A DNA stretch of 62,034 bases, the filler included, from Choristocarpus tenellus KU-1152 (taxonomy: Eukaryota > Protista > Phaeophyceae): the NCBI GenBank assembly GCA_964200185.2. It is 8 parts of 8 records of this genome, joined end to end, with 100 filler letters (N's around TTAATTAATTAA, not from the genome) between each part and the next. Parts side by side here need not be neighbours in the genome. Positions count along the whole stretch, not along the records: positions 32,483 to 38,779 come from CAXNAD020008453.1; positions 38,880 to 42,327 come from CAXNAD020019967.1; positions 42,428 to 57,738 come from CAXNAD020001020.1; 5 more parts are not named here. One strand, written 5' to 3'. Below are positions 36,868 through 49,118 of the stretch, one piece after another. The first letter of the stretch is position 1. Each line of letters starts with the position of its first letter. The notes beneath the pieces are model-generated. The model was given only the letters and a program-made list of their open reading frames with translations, was not told the DNA's origin and made no database searches. The translations under genes and the position numbers were made by a program.

Positions 36868-38779
36868 TTGAAAGTACGTAAGCACTATGATGTTACAATC
36901 ATTAACGTATCCCATTCAGCATCTTCTTTTTTCAATGCACTACATCCAACAAGACCAGGGCAAAGGACTTACGTTCAATTTCGTTTCAATCCACTCCTTC
37001 TTCGCACATTATTCTTCTTGTATTTTCCCTCACTTAATGCCGTCCATCATGTAAGTTGGTCCAACCCACGCAAACTGACTGAAGCGGCGATGAAATTCAC
37101 TTGGAAAAATGTGATTTTATAATGCTCAAAATATTTGCATAATACTCTTAACATCTTAAAACATCTGTTTCTTCACATGCACTCAGTCCAACGAAGCCAG
37201 GACAAAGGACTACGGTTCAATCTCGGATCAATCCCCTCCTTGCTCGCGTCTTATTTTCCTGCGTTTCTGCCTCACTTAGTAACATGAGTCACGTTGGTTG
37301 GTCCAACCCACGCAAACAGCTAAATCACGATGAAATTGCAATGGGAATGATATTTTTTTCAGTATTACTCGCAACTATTTATAACCACTATTTCTTTGTG
37401 GGACTACACCCGGTCAGAAAGGAATCTGGTTCAGACTTAAAGCTATCCTCATTATTTGCATCTTCTCCGTGCATTTGTCATCTCATCTCACATAATCGTT
37501 CCCATAAGTAAGTCAAAAGCACACAAAGTGCATAAATCGTGATCAAACTGTCATGGCAATGCGATTCTTAAAAAAAATGCAGCAAACTACTCCTACCAAT
37601 GTATCATAAGTCATTTTTTCTATGCACCACAAAGGAATATGCTACCGTTTTACTTCGTTTTCCTCGTACTAAGCCCCACATTCTTGCCGTGTTTGTGCTC
37701 TCGATGTTAATCGTTCATGTCAAAAGTTTGTCCAAGCCTCAAGAAGCGCCCAAATTGCCACCAAGTCGAGATGCAAATTGAACGCAAATTGATCAGACAG
37801 GGACATACATGTTATGACAACTTCTACAATACTACAAAATGTAGATACAGCTGCCGTTCACAAATGTTGATAGGGAAGACAACATCTAAAGGAACATCTC
37901 TGAAAGGTTTGTTCGGAGGAAGGGAATTCGTACTTCCCAACAAACACGATTGCCAAAATTACATCAAGATCGCTGCATTGGACTCTGGACCTCATTTGGA
38001 CGCAGCCGGATCCTCTTAAATACTTTGGCTCAACCCCATGAATTTGGAAGGTGAAAAGGGACCTCGTGTTGCGTGAGGTGGACAAGGGTGATCTGTTCCT
38101 CGGCATCATCAAATACTCCGAGGGTGTTACCCTGAATGCCATTGGCAAATACGAAGGCAAGCAATTACAACATCGATCAACATCACCATATGTGTACATG
38201 AAACATCCTTCCCAACCCCGAACACGCGGTCTCATCTCACATGTTTTACCGAGCCTGGACAATTTCACACACACAAATTACATAGGGTTGTTGTGTCTTG
38301 CATGTTTCGAAGATGCTCATCGAATAGATGTATTTCCTCCTTTCGATGTCTTGTGCGCATTGCCTCGAGACAGCACACATCGCCAGATAATGTCATGATT
38401 TCATATTGTCCTGCCCAGTCTGTTTCTTATCCGTGTGAGATGTATTGCTTGTCTTCCTAAGCTGTGGACTCCAAAAAACCACCCAAATCTCTCAAACCAC
38501 TCTAACTCCTTTGCCTCCCCCTTCGTCTCTTCCTTTGCCTCGTCCTTTGCCTCCTCATCTACCGTAGCAGAGGTCAGCCATGTAACATGCATGATGATTA
38601 CGCCGGACAGTAACGTCAAGTGCGACCATAATTTGTATGACTTCAAGGAACAAACGCGTGTGACCCAGGAGAATGCCGTCGCGAATCTGCAGACCCAACC
38701 AGGAGGCATCGTTATTATATGCACGGCCCTTGGCGACAATCGGCGTTGCCTTTTACAACAAGTTGTAGGGTGTCAGATA
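36868..38779 (+). pseudogene. Degraded intronless ORF of unknown family with ~75-81-aa tandem repeats
   Basis: Units at 36937-37074 and 37179-37316 align without gaps, with 29/46 identical residues and 8 synonymous codon differences. More diverged units follow near 37400 and 37600, then stop- or frameshift-separated ORFs 37717-38019, 38051-38398 and 38435-38779. Confidence 0.55.
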
Positions 38780-41352
38780 NNNNNNNNNNNNNNNNNNNNN
38801 NNNNNNNNNNNNNNNNNNNNNNNTTAATTAATTAANNNNNNNNNNNNNNNNNNNNNNNNNNNNNNNNNNNNNNNNNNNNGTGTAGACCCCTCTCCCCCCC
38901 CCCATTACTTTGGGTCTTTTTAAATACAAAATATGCTACTTGCTGCTCTGTACTACAGTGTATGCTCCAGTATACAATACACTACATGTACAATAGGACT
39001 GATTTCCGTTCATGTTCAAGATGTGCACGCCTTTTCCCCACCATGTGCCTTGAGATCGAGGTTGTTTGGAAGTTTTCCACCACTTTGATTGGCAGTCGAC
39101 TGCCTATGAAAGTGTTTGCAACAATGATGGAGGAGACTGTTTGTGGTATTTCAACAATGATTGAGGAGACTGTGTTATTGCAACAATGACTATTGATGGT
39201 GCAATCAAATTGAACCCGTCAATAGCTTCTCATTTCATGTGATGGAAGCATGAAACGTTGCATCCTGCCTGCTGATCTAAAAAGGTATTTAAGGCAGCAA
39301 TCACATGTTTTGGATTTCTGGGCATTGCTCCCCTGTCTTCCAACAGTGGCGTGATAGATAGCCTATGCTTGATCGAATCTGTCTCCTCAGAGGAGTGCTT
39401 TGGGTTGTCCTCACTGCTTGGTCCCGTTATATACAGGCACAGAGCATGAAAATATGCAATAAGGTTTGAGGCCTACCTCAAGAAGGGTTTCTTGCTTGGA
39501 AAATTATGTTGTTGATCTTTTACAGTACGACTGTAAAGTGTACACTTTACAAGGGTTAGGGTTAGAGCAATTTGGAGTGGCAAGGGCACATGGTGAGCTC
39601 TGGGATCATTGGTTCATTTGATCACAAGCTTGCAAACAGGATCAGGGGGTCGCTGCGTTTGTGGAGGTGGCTTGGATCTCTCTTTTGATCTCCAGCTGAA
39701 GTATATTATAATATTATACTATTATAATATTATACTATTATACTATTATACTATTATTGGGGCTTGGTTCACCTGGAGGGATGGTTGTGTTCAAGTCAAA
39801 GGCATTAAGGTATCAAGGTATCTAGGTATTAAGGTAGGCAGGTAGGTGTACCTCAATACTCCAAAGTAATCGTTTTAATTAAAGTAGAGATGTCTTGAAC
39901 CAAGTATGTCTTTCATATGTTCCACCGTGTGTTGGACCAATGGAGTTCGATGCAGAAGAGGGAAGGCTAAACTACCCACAATAAGCTCTCACTCCCACCA
40001 CTGTGCTTGCAGTGACGGTGCTTATGCTATGAATAGTGCTTGAGGCACCAGGCTCATCATCAACAAATGAACAACTTGAATCCATTTGGCATTGTAAACT
40101 GGCTCGCTCGAGGGAGGCGATGAATGGAGTCGCTCAGATCAATGGAAAATAAAATAAAATGTGCATCGGAGTGGGTTTACAAAAGAGGAAGGCGTGTTCG
40201 AAAGAAACAGAGCGCAAAAAAAATATTCCGACATGGAATATAGTCTATTCATGTTTGTCCCGATAATCAACATATATAATCAATATGATGATCAACGTCT
40301 GCGTTTGATAAAATTAAAAATCAATTGTGAAATGGGTGGGATGAAAAACGATCGCCGGGTGTGTGGCGTAGGACTCAGCACTTTGTTTAGGGTTAGGGTT
40401 ATCCTTCGTGTAGACAAACACCTGCCTGCCTCGGTTGTCAACCAAATGTTCGTTTTGTAGTCTCTCAAACTTTGTCTTTTAAACCTTTGTCGCCAGAGAC
40501 TGTACGCTCAAAAAGAAGGAAAAGTCAATCACTTTCCTTCCCAATTTTTAGGTTCTGTCGCAGTAGTAGTGATGCTTTTTTGCGTTGTATTTTTTTAGAT
40601 GTGTGTCTGTATGGACCCTCCCCCCCAAAAAACAACAAAAGAAAACAACAAAACAAATCGATATTGATGCGAGTAGTTGGGTGGATACCCGTGGCAGAAT
40701 AGAGTCAGTTCATGATCATTGTTCCATCCTCAATCACACAACGCAGAGGCGTGCGAATCCTTGTAATTTTTTTTTTTGGATAGTAACAAAAAAAATTTGG
40801 TATGAAGTATTGTTCTTTCCAGATTGCCTCGAGTACCTGTAACAAAAAATAGAAGATAGAAAGGAAAGGAGGGCAGCATGACGTCACAGGCATGTAGAAG
40901 GGAAGATATGCAGTATGATCATAGTTTGACACATCGATGGCTTCACGCGTCTAAGAGATTGGTACTGATAAATCTCAACAATACATGCACATCTATGTAA
41001 GTATCAATTAAACTTACAACGCCTTGGAAGGCACCAGAATCTCACCCACACCAAGTAAAAGAAATAAAATGAAATAGAGATTCTTGTCTGTTCCAACATC
41101 TCAGTACACAGAATCAGGGAATTTTCCTCCCAGACCCCCCTCACCTGCAAAACAAAAAACAACCCTAACCCTAACCCTAGCCCCAACCAAAGCGCCTGGA
41201 ATGAAAAAGACAAGAAAGAGTCCCAACGCTCTCTCGCGGTTCTACCTTTGACACTTTGCACCAATCAGCACCCATGAAGAAGGAGAAGCCAAGACCCGCT
41301 CGACAACGCCTTCCCCTCAACCCTCCAACTCCTCTTCCTCAAACTTGACCAG

Positions 41353-41568
41353 GATTGGGGAGGCGGGTGGCTGCAGGGTTGTTTGTGACGTTCTGCGTAG
41401 ATGTGCTGTATTCGGTGGCGCTTGTCCACGGACCCAGTACTGGGCCCTGGGGGCAGTGACAAACCTCATCACCAACGCCACCAACCGTGCTGAGGTTGAG
41501 GGACCGGAGGGTCTTCCCCGCTGGTTGCACACTGTCCTTGCAAACGGTGATGAAGTGATTGAGGACAG
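41353..41568 (+). CDS. Single exon of a probable armadillo (ARM)-repeat protein
   Basis: cag/gtaggt-bounded 216-nt exon: RIGEAGGCRVVCDVLRRCAVFGGACPRTQYWALGAVTNLITNATNRAEVEGPEGLPRWLHTVLANGDEVIEDR, an ARM-like pattern (I.EAGG...V..L; A.GA..NL; NR). Confidence 0.6.
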
Positions 41569-42164
41569 GTAGGTAATGCTATGCACTCTTGCTGTTGATG
41601 CATCAGCGCAGTTTGTGGAAGGGGTTGCGAAACGGTTTCAGTTTTCGACTTCCGTGTGAGAGCTGTCAAGGCTTGTCAAAAGGAAACAGGGCGGGAACCA
41701 GTCTCTTCTTCTGGCGCTCTTGTTTGGCTTGATTTGTGGTGAACGAGCAGTACAAGGGTAGTGGTTTGCTTGGCTTGATCATGAATGACTTACTTGATCA
41801 TTAATGACTTATTTGATGATGACTTATTTCCCCCCTGATCCTGGTCTCCTTGTGTGGGTGTGGGTGCTGTGCACACAAGTGAAGAGCGATCCTCAATGCG
41901 TCCTTGCATAACCTTGAATAGGAGGGGGGTAGGGCACAAGCATACATGGAAATGTAGTGTGCCTGCCCTCTTGTTGAAGATGCAGCAGCGGCAGCAGCAG
42001 CAGCAGCAAATAGTATGACGTGCACATTCTATCAATATCTACCATTTTGTAGTTCCTCCTAAGAAATAAGAAAATACATAATTAGAAAAAGCATGTCAGT
42101 CTGCTTGTTACTGTGACGCACCCTTGATTCTTCACAGCACCCCCAGCCCAGCAGTTAATACCCT

Positions 42165-42327
42165 GGCAACGTAAGCCCTTTCATTAATATCGACCTATGT
42201 TCTTGTAGGCAATGTAAGCCCTTTCGTTAATATCGACCTATGTTCTTGTAGGCAATGTAAGCCCTTTCATTAATATCGACCTATGTTCTTGTAGGCAATG
42301 TAAGCCCTTTCATTAATATAGACCTAT
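42165..42327 (+). repeat. 43-bp minisatellite, at least 3.8 copies, running into spacer
   Basis: Unit ggcaatgtaagccctttcattaatatcgacctatgttcttgta starts at 42165, 42208, 42251 and 42294. Confidence 0.92.
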
Positions 42328-42586
42328 NNNNNNNNNNNNNNNNNNNNNNNNNNNNNNNNNNNNNNNNNNNNTTAATTAATTAANNNNNNNNNNNNNNNNN
42401 NNNNNNNNNNNNNNNNNNNNNNNNNNNGTGGCTCCTCCATGTGTGGGCAGAGAGCACAGAGCAATCGACCCATGAAAATCACAATCCCATCATCATCCAC
42501 CATCACAATCCCATTATCACAATCCCATCATCACAATCCCATCATCGTCCACCATAATCCCAAAGCTGCAACAACCCCTACAATGG

Positions 42587-42749
42587 ACCTAGTATTAATT
42601 GATGGTACCTAGTACTAATTGATGGTACCTAGTACTAATTGATGGTACCTAGTACTAATTGACGGTACCTAGTACTAATTGATGGTACCTAGTACTAATT
42701 GATGGTACCTAGTACTAATTGATGGTACCTAGTACTAATTGATGGTACC
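42587..42749 (+). repeat. 20-bp minisatellite, ~8 copies
   Basis: Unit acctagtactaattgatggt repeated almost perfectly with no spacers. Confidence 0.95.
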
Positions 42750-43235
42750 AAACACGCAAAACATCACCAGAGTGTCGTACATTCAATAAGGATTACAAAA
42801 TATCTTGACCGTAGCATGGGAAAAAATTAAAAAATTGAAGTCGGACATTCAATAAGGATTACAAAATCTCCGTATGGGAAAAAGATTAAAAATTAAGTAG
42901 TACATTCTAGTATGGTACCATACAAGAACACACAGGGGCTATTATTCCATCCCATGCCATGAGGCTAGACCAGTCACACATCCTATACCATGCCAACAAC
43001 AGGAATAACACACGTGAGCTGCTAAAGGCTGTTATAGTCCGATTCATCCATGGACATACATACATCATACATACATCATACGTACACCATACATACATAC
43101 ATACATACATCATACAAACATCACACATACATCCCAATAAAAAATCAACCCCAGCTACTTCTGAACAGCCAACACGTCACAACAAGAGGGTTAGGGTTAG
43201 GGTTGTATGGGGGGAGAGGGAAGGAGAGGGCAAGC

Positions 43236-43287
43236 TGGACTAACTAACAGGACTAACTAACAGGACTAACTAACAGGACTAACTAAC
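43236..43287 (+). repeat. 13-bp tandem repeat x4 abutting the splice donor of the ankyrin exon
   Basis: (ggactaactaaca)n. Confidence 0.85.
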
Positions 43288-44988
43288 CTTGGCCGCAGCA
43301 TCTGCACCATAGGCCAGTAGCAGCATGGCCACTTTGACTGATTTTCCTGCATAATGAAGAGGTATTCTCTGGTAGAAGTCGATGGCCTTGATTGACGCCC
43401 CCGCAGTCAGGAGACACTCACACACCTCTTTCTGAAGACAATTTCATACATGGGACATGGTAGGACATGAGGGGAAAGCATCTAAACAGCCACCACAGCA
43501 CAGGACAATAACATCCCCATAACACCTCCATAACATCTGTGCAGTACCAGGACAAAGTGGTGACACAAAACAAGACTCCATAGTACATCCTAAGATAGCC
43601 CCTGCCTAACCTACTGTTCCCTCCAGTGGCAATAGAAGGCAGGCACCTCCCTCACATTTTTTTTTTCCTGGCTGTCTGTGATGCCCTCGTCTTATTGGAC
43701 AGCTAACACCACAAGACCATGTTCATATATATATATATATATATACAAAGGTATTATTAATATCTGGCACGCCCTTCTGGTGTAAACTCTTGCCGCCCAG
43801 TATACAGACACGCCTCGCCTCCTTATACAATACCATTGCTAACAATACCATTCAACTACATGTAAGTTATTGAAATCAGTTTTTTTCTTACAGAATACAG
43901 TCCCGTTTTCATGCCGTAATTAACAACATACAAGGTTTATTGTTGAAATAATATTAATAAATAATACAACCGAGGACACCTCTTCTACATTAATAACAAC
44001 ACCTTGTATACTCAGGAACATTCCAGACTTCACACCTTTCTTGCTTTCACTATACCTTTCACTATACCTTTCACTATGATCCCCCCCCCCCCCCCCCCCC
44101 GTAAAAAAAATGTCAATCAGGTTATACCCTCACTCATAAAACGAAACACACTATTCCAAGCGGGAAGGCGGGAAGTGAACAAAGACTAAGGATTGGAATC
44201 TGCTTGACTTCTCCCAACAGTTTTGGATAATTGCACTTGTAAGCAGCATGCCATACTTCAGCACCACAGCCAATAGCACCCTAGGAGAGGGTTGACTCAG
44301 GCCCCTTGGACTGACTATAAGGATCCTATAACATCTGCCTGATACCCCCGCTCTCACACTTTTGGCCAACATGTACCTAACACTAACCCTAACCCTACCT
44401 ACTTAGAGGTTATGACTGTCAAAAGCGGAGACAAGCCTTTGTCCCAACAAGACCAAAACCGCCCTCCCCATAATTTCAGAATCATGAGTACCACCATGCA
44501 GTCACAGAGTAGGCCCCTTGTACTCAACAGCATCCCCCCCTCTACAAGATACGCCTCTTACGGAGGGAGACACCTATATAACACCCATATAACACCTATA
44601 CCGGCATACACAGCCACAACACACTTCAACTACCTACCACACAGGAGACACAAAATCTCACCATTGATCATCAACCACAACCAAAGTACAGTAATCAAAG
44701 TATATTAATCAAAGTATATTAATCAAGGTACCATAATCAAAGCACCATAATCAAAGCACCATATGCAAAGCACCGTAATCAAAGTACACTTAATCAGAGT
44801 ACCATAATCAATGTACCACAATCAAAGCACTATAACCACAGTGCCATAACAATACCTGGTTGCCACCGGCTGCCTCGTGTAATGGTGTCATCCCTCCCCT
44901 CCCCGCATGATCCACTGCTGCCCCCGCACGCAACAAAACATTCACCACGGCTAGGTGTCCCTTAGATGACGCACGTGACAGTGCCGTA
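43288..44988 (-). CDS. Ankyrin-repeat protein, two internal exons (44988-44856, 43431-43288)
   Basis: TALSRASSKGHLAVVNVLLRAGAAVDHAGRGGMTPLHEAAGGNQ splices in frame to KEVCECLLTAGASIKAIDFYQRIPLHYAGKSVKVAMLLLAYGADAAAK, with canonical AG/GT sites. Confidence 0.85.
44690..44835 (+). repeat. Degenerate ~14-16-bp intronic tandem repeat
   Basis: About ten variants of taatcaaag(t/c)ac(c)a. Confidence 0.75.
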
Positions 44989-46058
44989 CTACATAAATAA
45001 CAAGTCAAATAGAGTCAGTTAGAGTCAGTTAGGGTCGAATAGAGTATGCCAGAGACTAGGGAGGGGGTGTGGGGGGAGGGGGGAGGGGTGAAAGGTTGGC
45101 ATACATCTTCAGCAGTTTGCAATTGATGCATTGGTCCTTGGAGGCAGGAGAAGTCAATAATACCGTCATCATTATTACTATCGTTATTATTACCATTATT
45201 ATTATTATTATTATTATTATGGTAGTTATATACTGGTGAGTACACTGCTACAATGGTAGTGTGTATCCACTTCACCTGGGAAGACTTTTAACCTCTTGTC
45301 ACAATTTAACGCCAGCCTTAACCTTAAAATGTACTCGATGGCAGTGACAGTAGGGAATGTTACTAAAATAAGAATAACAATGAACATTTCTACAGGTAAG
45401 TACAAGTACTGTTTGCGTATGGAGATAAATGAAACACGTATCACTGATATTGCAAGCAGCACCAGCCATTGTCCTCTGAAATACATGAAAAACATGTCAC
45501 TAATAGTACCAATATATATACATCAAAACATGTCACTAACAGTACCAATACATCAAATCATGTCACTAACATAGCCATCATGATACTATACACCAACAAA
45601 TCAAAATCAGAAACATCGAAGCATTTAAACTGCAACATTTAAACTGCAACATTTCTACTCTCTAGAAGAATTTAGTACCCCAACTACTTGAGGTAAATAA
45701 ACGATGCTTCCTCAGTTCAATCAGAATCAGTTTGAACATAATCAATTCAATCGTTTAATGTGGGTGATAAAAAGTACTGTATCAGGAAAGCACTTCTTAA
45801 CACTTCACAGCAGAGAGTGCTCAAGAGGTATAGACTACATCCGATTTTGCTGAAAATCTAGGGTATACCTCATTACGAGTTTTTCCAAGACCCTCACAAA
45901 AACACTGAAATTCCATTCCGGTACCATCTAATGCATTCTCACAGCCTACCCCCACAAATCAAAAGGGAGTTTGAAAAAAAATAAAGAGCCTGAAAAGAAT
46001 GCTTGACACAGTATGTAACTTTTCATATTTAGAAAAATCCAAATACTGGATACATCCT

Positions 46059-46180
46059 ACATTTGTTCTTACATCTTCATCATCTTCATGTACATACAAC
46101 ATTGTTCTTACATCTTCATCATCTTCATGTACGTACTACATTTGTTCTTGTATCTTTTCATCATCTTCATGTACATACCA
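46059..46180 (+). repeat. ~39-bp tandem repeat x3
   Basis: Variants of acatttgttcttacatcttcatcatcttcatgtacatac. Confidence 0.75.
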
Positions 46181-47270
46181 CACTTTCATCCCTCCTACAT
46201 ATACACACTATATACACGCACATCCACACAAACCTACCCACACAAATCAATCAACACTCATCTAAACACAACAAACAAACTGCACCTACACATCTGCCTA
46301 CAAATACACTACAAATACACTACAAATACACTACCAAATAACAAAAACCACCCTAAACACCCCCCCCCCCCCCCCCCCCCCCCCCCCCACCCAAACACCA
46401 AACCCCACAACAACAACAAAAAAACCCCCCTCAAAAACCCGTTCAAGAAAAACGAGAAAANNNNNNNNNNCCGCCCCTACACACCTGCCTACAAAAACCC
46501 CACAAATACCCAACAAATACCCTCCCAAAAAACAAAAACCCCCCTAAACCCCCCCCCCCCCCCCTCCCTTGGTCCAAGTAGAGCAATCCTCAACACCCAG
46601 TACAACAGGTACAATTCCTCCCGTTAAATGCTTGGGCAGAAAGTAAGGGAAAAGGTATCACTACTATAGTCACCAGACATAAACTAACTCAACAAAGGCA
46701 TACATGCACTGCCTGTCTCACCTGGACTGACCACGGGTCTGTGCATCTGGATTGCCACCGCCTTCCAGCCACAAAATTACTCGTTCCACATCTCCCTCTT
46801 CAGCTGCCTTGTGCACTGTGCTTGTCAGCTAGAGTGTGGTCACATGAGTCGTACATCCATCAATCAATGAGGTCGTTGCTTTATTGGGGAGAGTTTCAAA
46901 AACACCGTAATGCTGGGGTCTAATACAAACCAGGAGAACAGTAGTGACTTGAGATACACCAAGGGTTAGTTAGGGTTAGGGGGTCGGAATGCGACCATCT
47001 GATTGGTCTACATACCAGGGCAAAAGGATGAGGATGGAAAAATAAAACCGACACGCCAGTGCGTTTCTACGGCATGTCTGCACGTAACACGTAACATGTA
47101 ACACATGTAACACAAAACACATGTAACACACGTAACACAAAACACATGTAATACATAACGCATCAGGTAGCAACAACGAGAATCCTATTAAACCTAAAAC
47201 GTTACACTTCAGTTGCTCCCTCTAATTGTCTAGGTCAGCACAATTCTTGTAAACACCGGCATGCATGATT

Positions 47271-47520
47271 GGGGGAAGTATCTATGGGAGGGGAGGGGGG
47301 GATGGCGGCTGTCCATTCGGGGCCCATTTTTTTATGTCACAACTTTTGAGTGATTTGCGTTGGATAGATAGTGTAAGTTCACTTTTCCTGGTCAGGGCCC
47401 GAAATAGACACCCTGGTGTAGACCCCCCCCCCCCACCCTCCCACCCACACACTTCACCACGAGAACCAACTCNNNNNNNNNNCCCCCCCCCCCCACACTC
47501 ACACACAGATACTTTGACCC
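47271..47520 (-). mobile_element. Poly-G/poly-C-armed MITE (family 2), near-complete copy
   Basis: gggggaagtatct-G-rich...cctggtcagggcccgaaatagacaccctggtgtagac-C-rich...agatactttgaccc. Confidence 0.7.
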
Positions 47521-47702
47521 GAGAAGCTACTCTACATTAGAACATTATTGTCCAATGGACTTCTTCCAGCATGTAAAAACATCACATTTCAAGGTCTCGT
47601 TGGCACACCCCAAGAACGCCTTCTGAACAGCAGCTCAAGAGAAACATGTCCTTCATGGTTTGGGCACCGACAACACGCCTCCAACATCTGGCTGAAACCT
47701 TC

Positions 47703-47800
47703 GGTCAAATTCATTGCTCCCCTATGCATGCTTCTGATTGTTGTCTTGGGGTCAAATTCATTGCTCCCCTATGCATGCTTCTGATTGTTGTCTTGGGGTC
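47703..47800 (+). repeat. Perfect ~47-bp tandem duplication
   Basis: ggtcaaattcattgctcccctatgcatgcttctgattgttgtcttgg occurs twice. Confidence 0.9.
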
Positions 47801-48011
47801 GTTCAAATCTAGAATTCTTGACACAAAGGGCAAAGGGCAATAATGGATCTTGTGCTAGCGCAATGATCACAAATGAGACAATTCAACTCTTTGGAGACAA
47901 AGGAGACCTGGGCTTGGCGCCAGCAGGCTTGATTGCAAGATTTGCCCAGGAATAGCCCCACTCATCACATTTTGGACCACTAACAACGACTCAACCGAGG
48001 AATATTCTTTG

Positions 48012-48238
48012 TGGGCAAAGTATCTGGGGGGGGGGGGGGGGGGGGGGGGGTTGTTTTTTGGCCCTGGCCCAAAGTCCCGGGGGGGGGGGGGGGCTGTCAG
48101 TTTGGGGGTATTTTTTTTTTTGGGGGTTTTTGAGTGATTTGGCTCCATACGTTGGATGGATAATGAAAGTGCATTTTTCCTGGTGTTGGTCCAAATGGAC
48201 ACTTTGGTGAAGACCCCACCCCCCAGATACTTTGGGTC
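48012..48238 (-). mobile_element. Poly-G/poly-C-armed MITE (family 2)
   Basis: gggcaaagtatct-(G)n...ccccagatactttgggtc; interior homologous to 47271-47520. Confidence 0.7.
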
Positions 48239-48813
48239 AATATCTTTGTGGATATCAACATACATTATAACTGCCCCAGTTGAACGCTACTGCACATTGT
48301 GCACACCTGTCTTTTTAATTTCCTTCTGCAAGACAGTTTGCTGTGTGCAAAATAATATGCTTCAAAGCAGAGAGTTGTAGGCGAGTTTACATTTGATACT
48401 TTTGAGGTGTCAAGTTTCTCATTATGAGGGATTATAGCCTCAATATCTAAATTCCCTTGGCCCAACTTGAACATTCTCAGTGTGCTAAAGGCATACAAAA
48501 ATGAGTGAAGCATTATATCCCCCACTGACGACAGCCTAGGGCATCCTATGATGTATGATGCTTCATGAGTCTGGTGATTAGTGGGAGGCTACATGCAAAT
48601 GAGATTGTGAATGTTGTCCAGTCCAGCAGCACTCATCTACTGTATGACACCTTTTATTTGCCCCAATCTGTTGCCCAAGTGCAAATTTGGTGGCAGTCCA
48701 CAGATAGCCTTTTCTGCAGCCAATTTGACATCTCTGTCTTTGTAGAAGGCATGGGTGGCACAATCAACACGAGCAATCCATCCAACTTTGTTATTCCCTG
48801 AAATGGCTCCTCT

Positions 48814-49072
48814 GAGTGAAAGTATCCTAGAGGGTACGAGCTTTGCCCTGTTTGTCCATTTGGGGCTTGGCTTCCAATGGTTTTTTCTATGACATTCTCC
48901 TGCTCCAAAATGTTTAGGAGTAGGTAAAATGTGTACGTCATGAAAATATGTGTCTGGAACAAGGATATTGACACTTCCTAACAAACACAACAGTCAAAAT
49001 TGCATCAAAATCTCAACATTGGATTTTTGCCTCCGATTGGACGCGGCTCTACCCTCTAAGATACTTTGGCTA
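48814..49072 (+). mobile_element. MITE family 1, copy D, TSD TCT
   Basis: tct|gagtgaaagtatcctagagggta...taccctctaagatactttggcta|tct. Confidence 0.88.
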
Positions 49073-49118
49073 TCTCTGTTCGCTCACAAAAAATATGGTT
49101 GCCTTGGGTCAAGCACAG

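Noticed and set aside
39270-39430. Possible LINE RT trace (VLWVVL)
   Set aside because: Too degenerate to support from sequence alone.
42165-42749. Tandem arrays as possible CRISPR
   Set aside because: Head-to-tail repeats with no unique spacers and no cas genes, in a eukaryotic context.
45999-46627. His/Thr/Pro-rich ORFs
   Set aside because: Products of tandem and low-complexity repeats beside a small gap.
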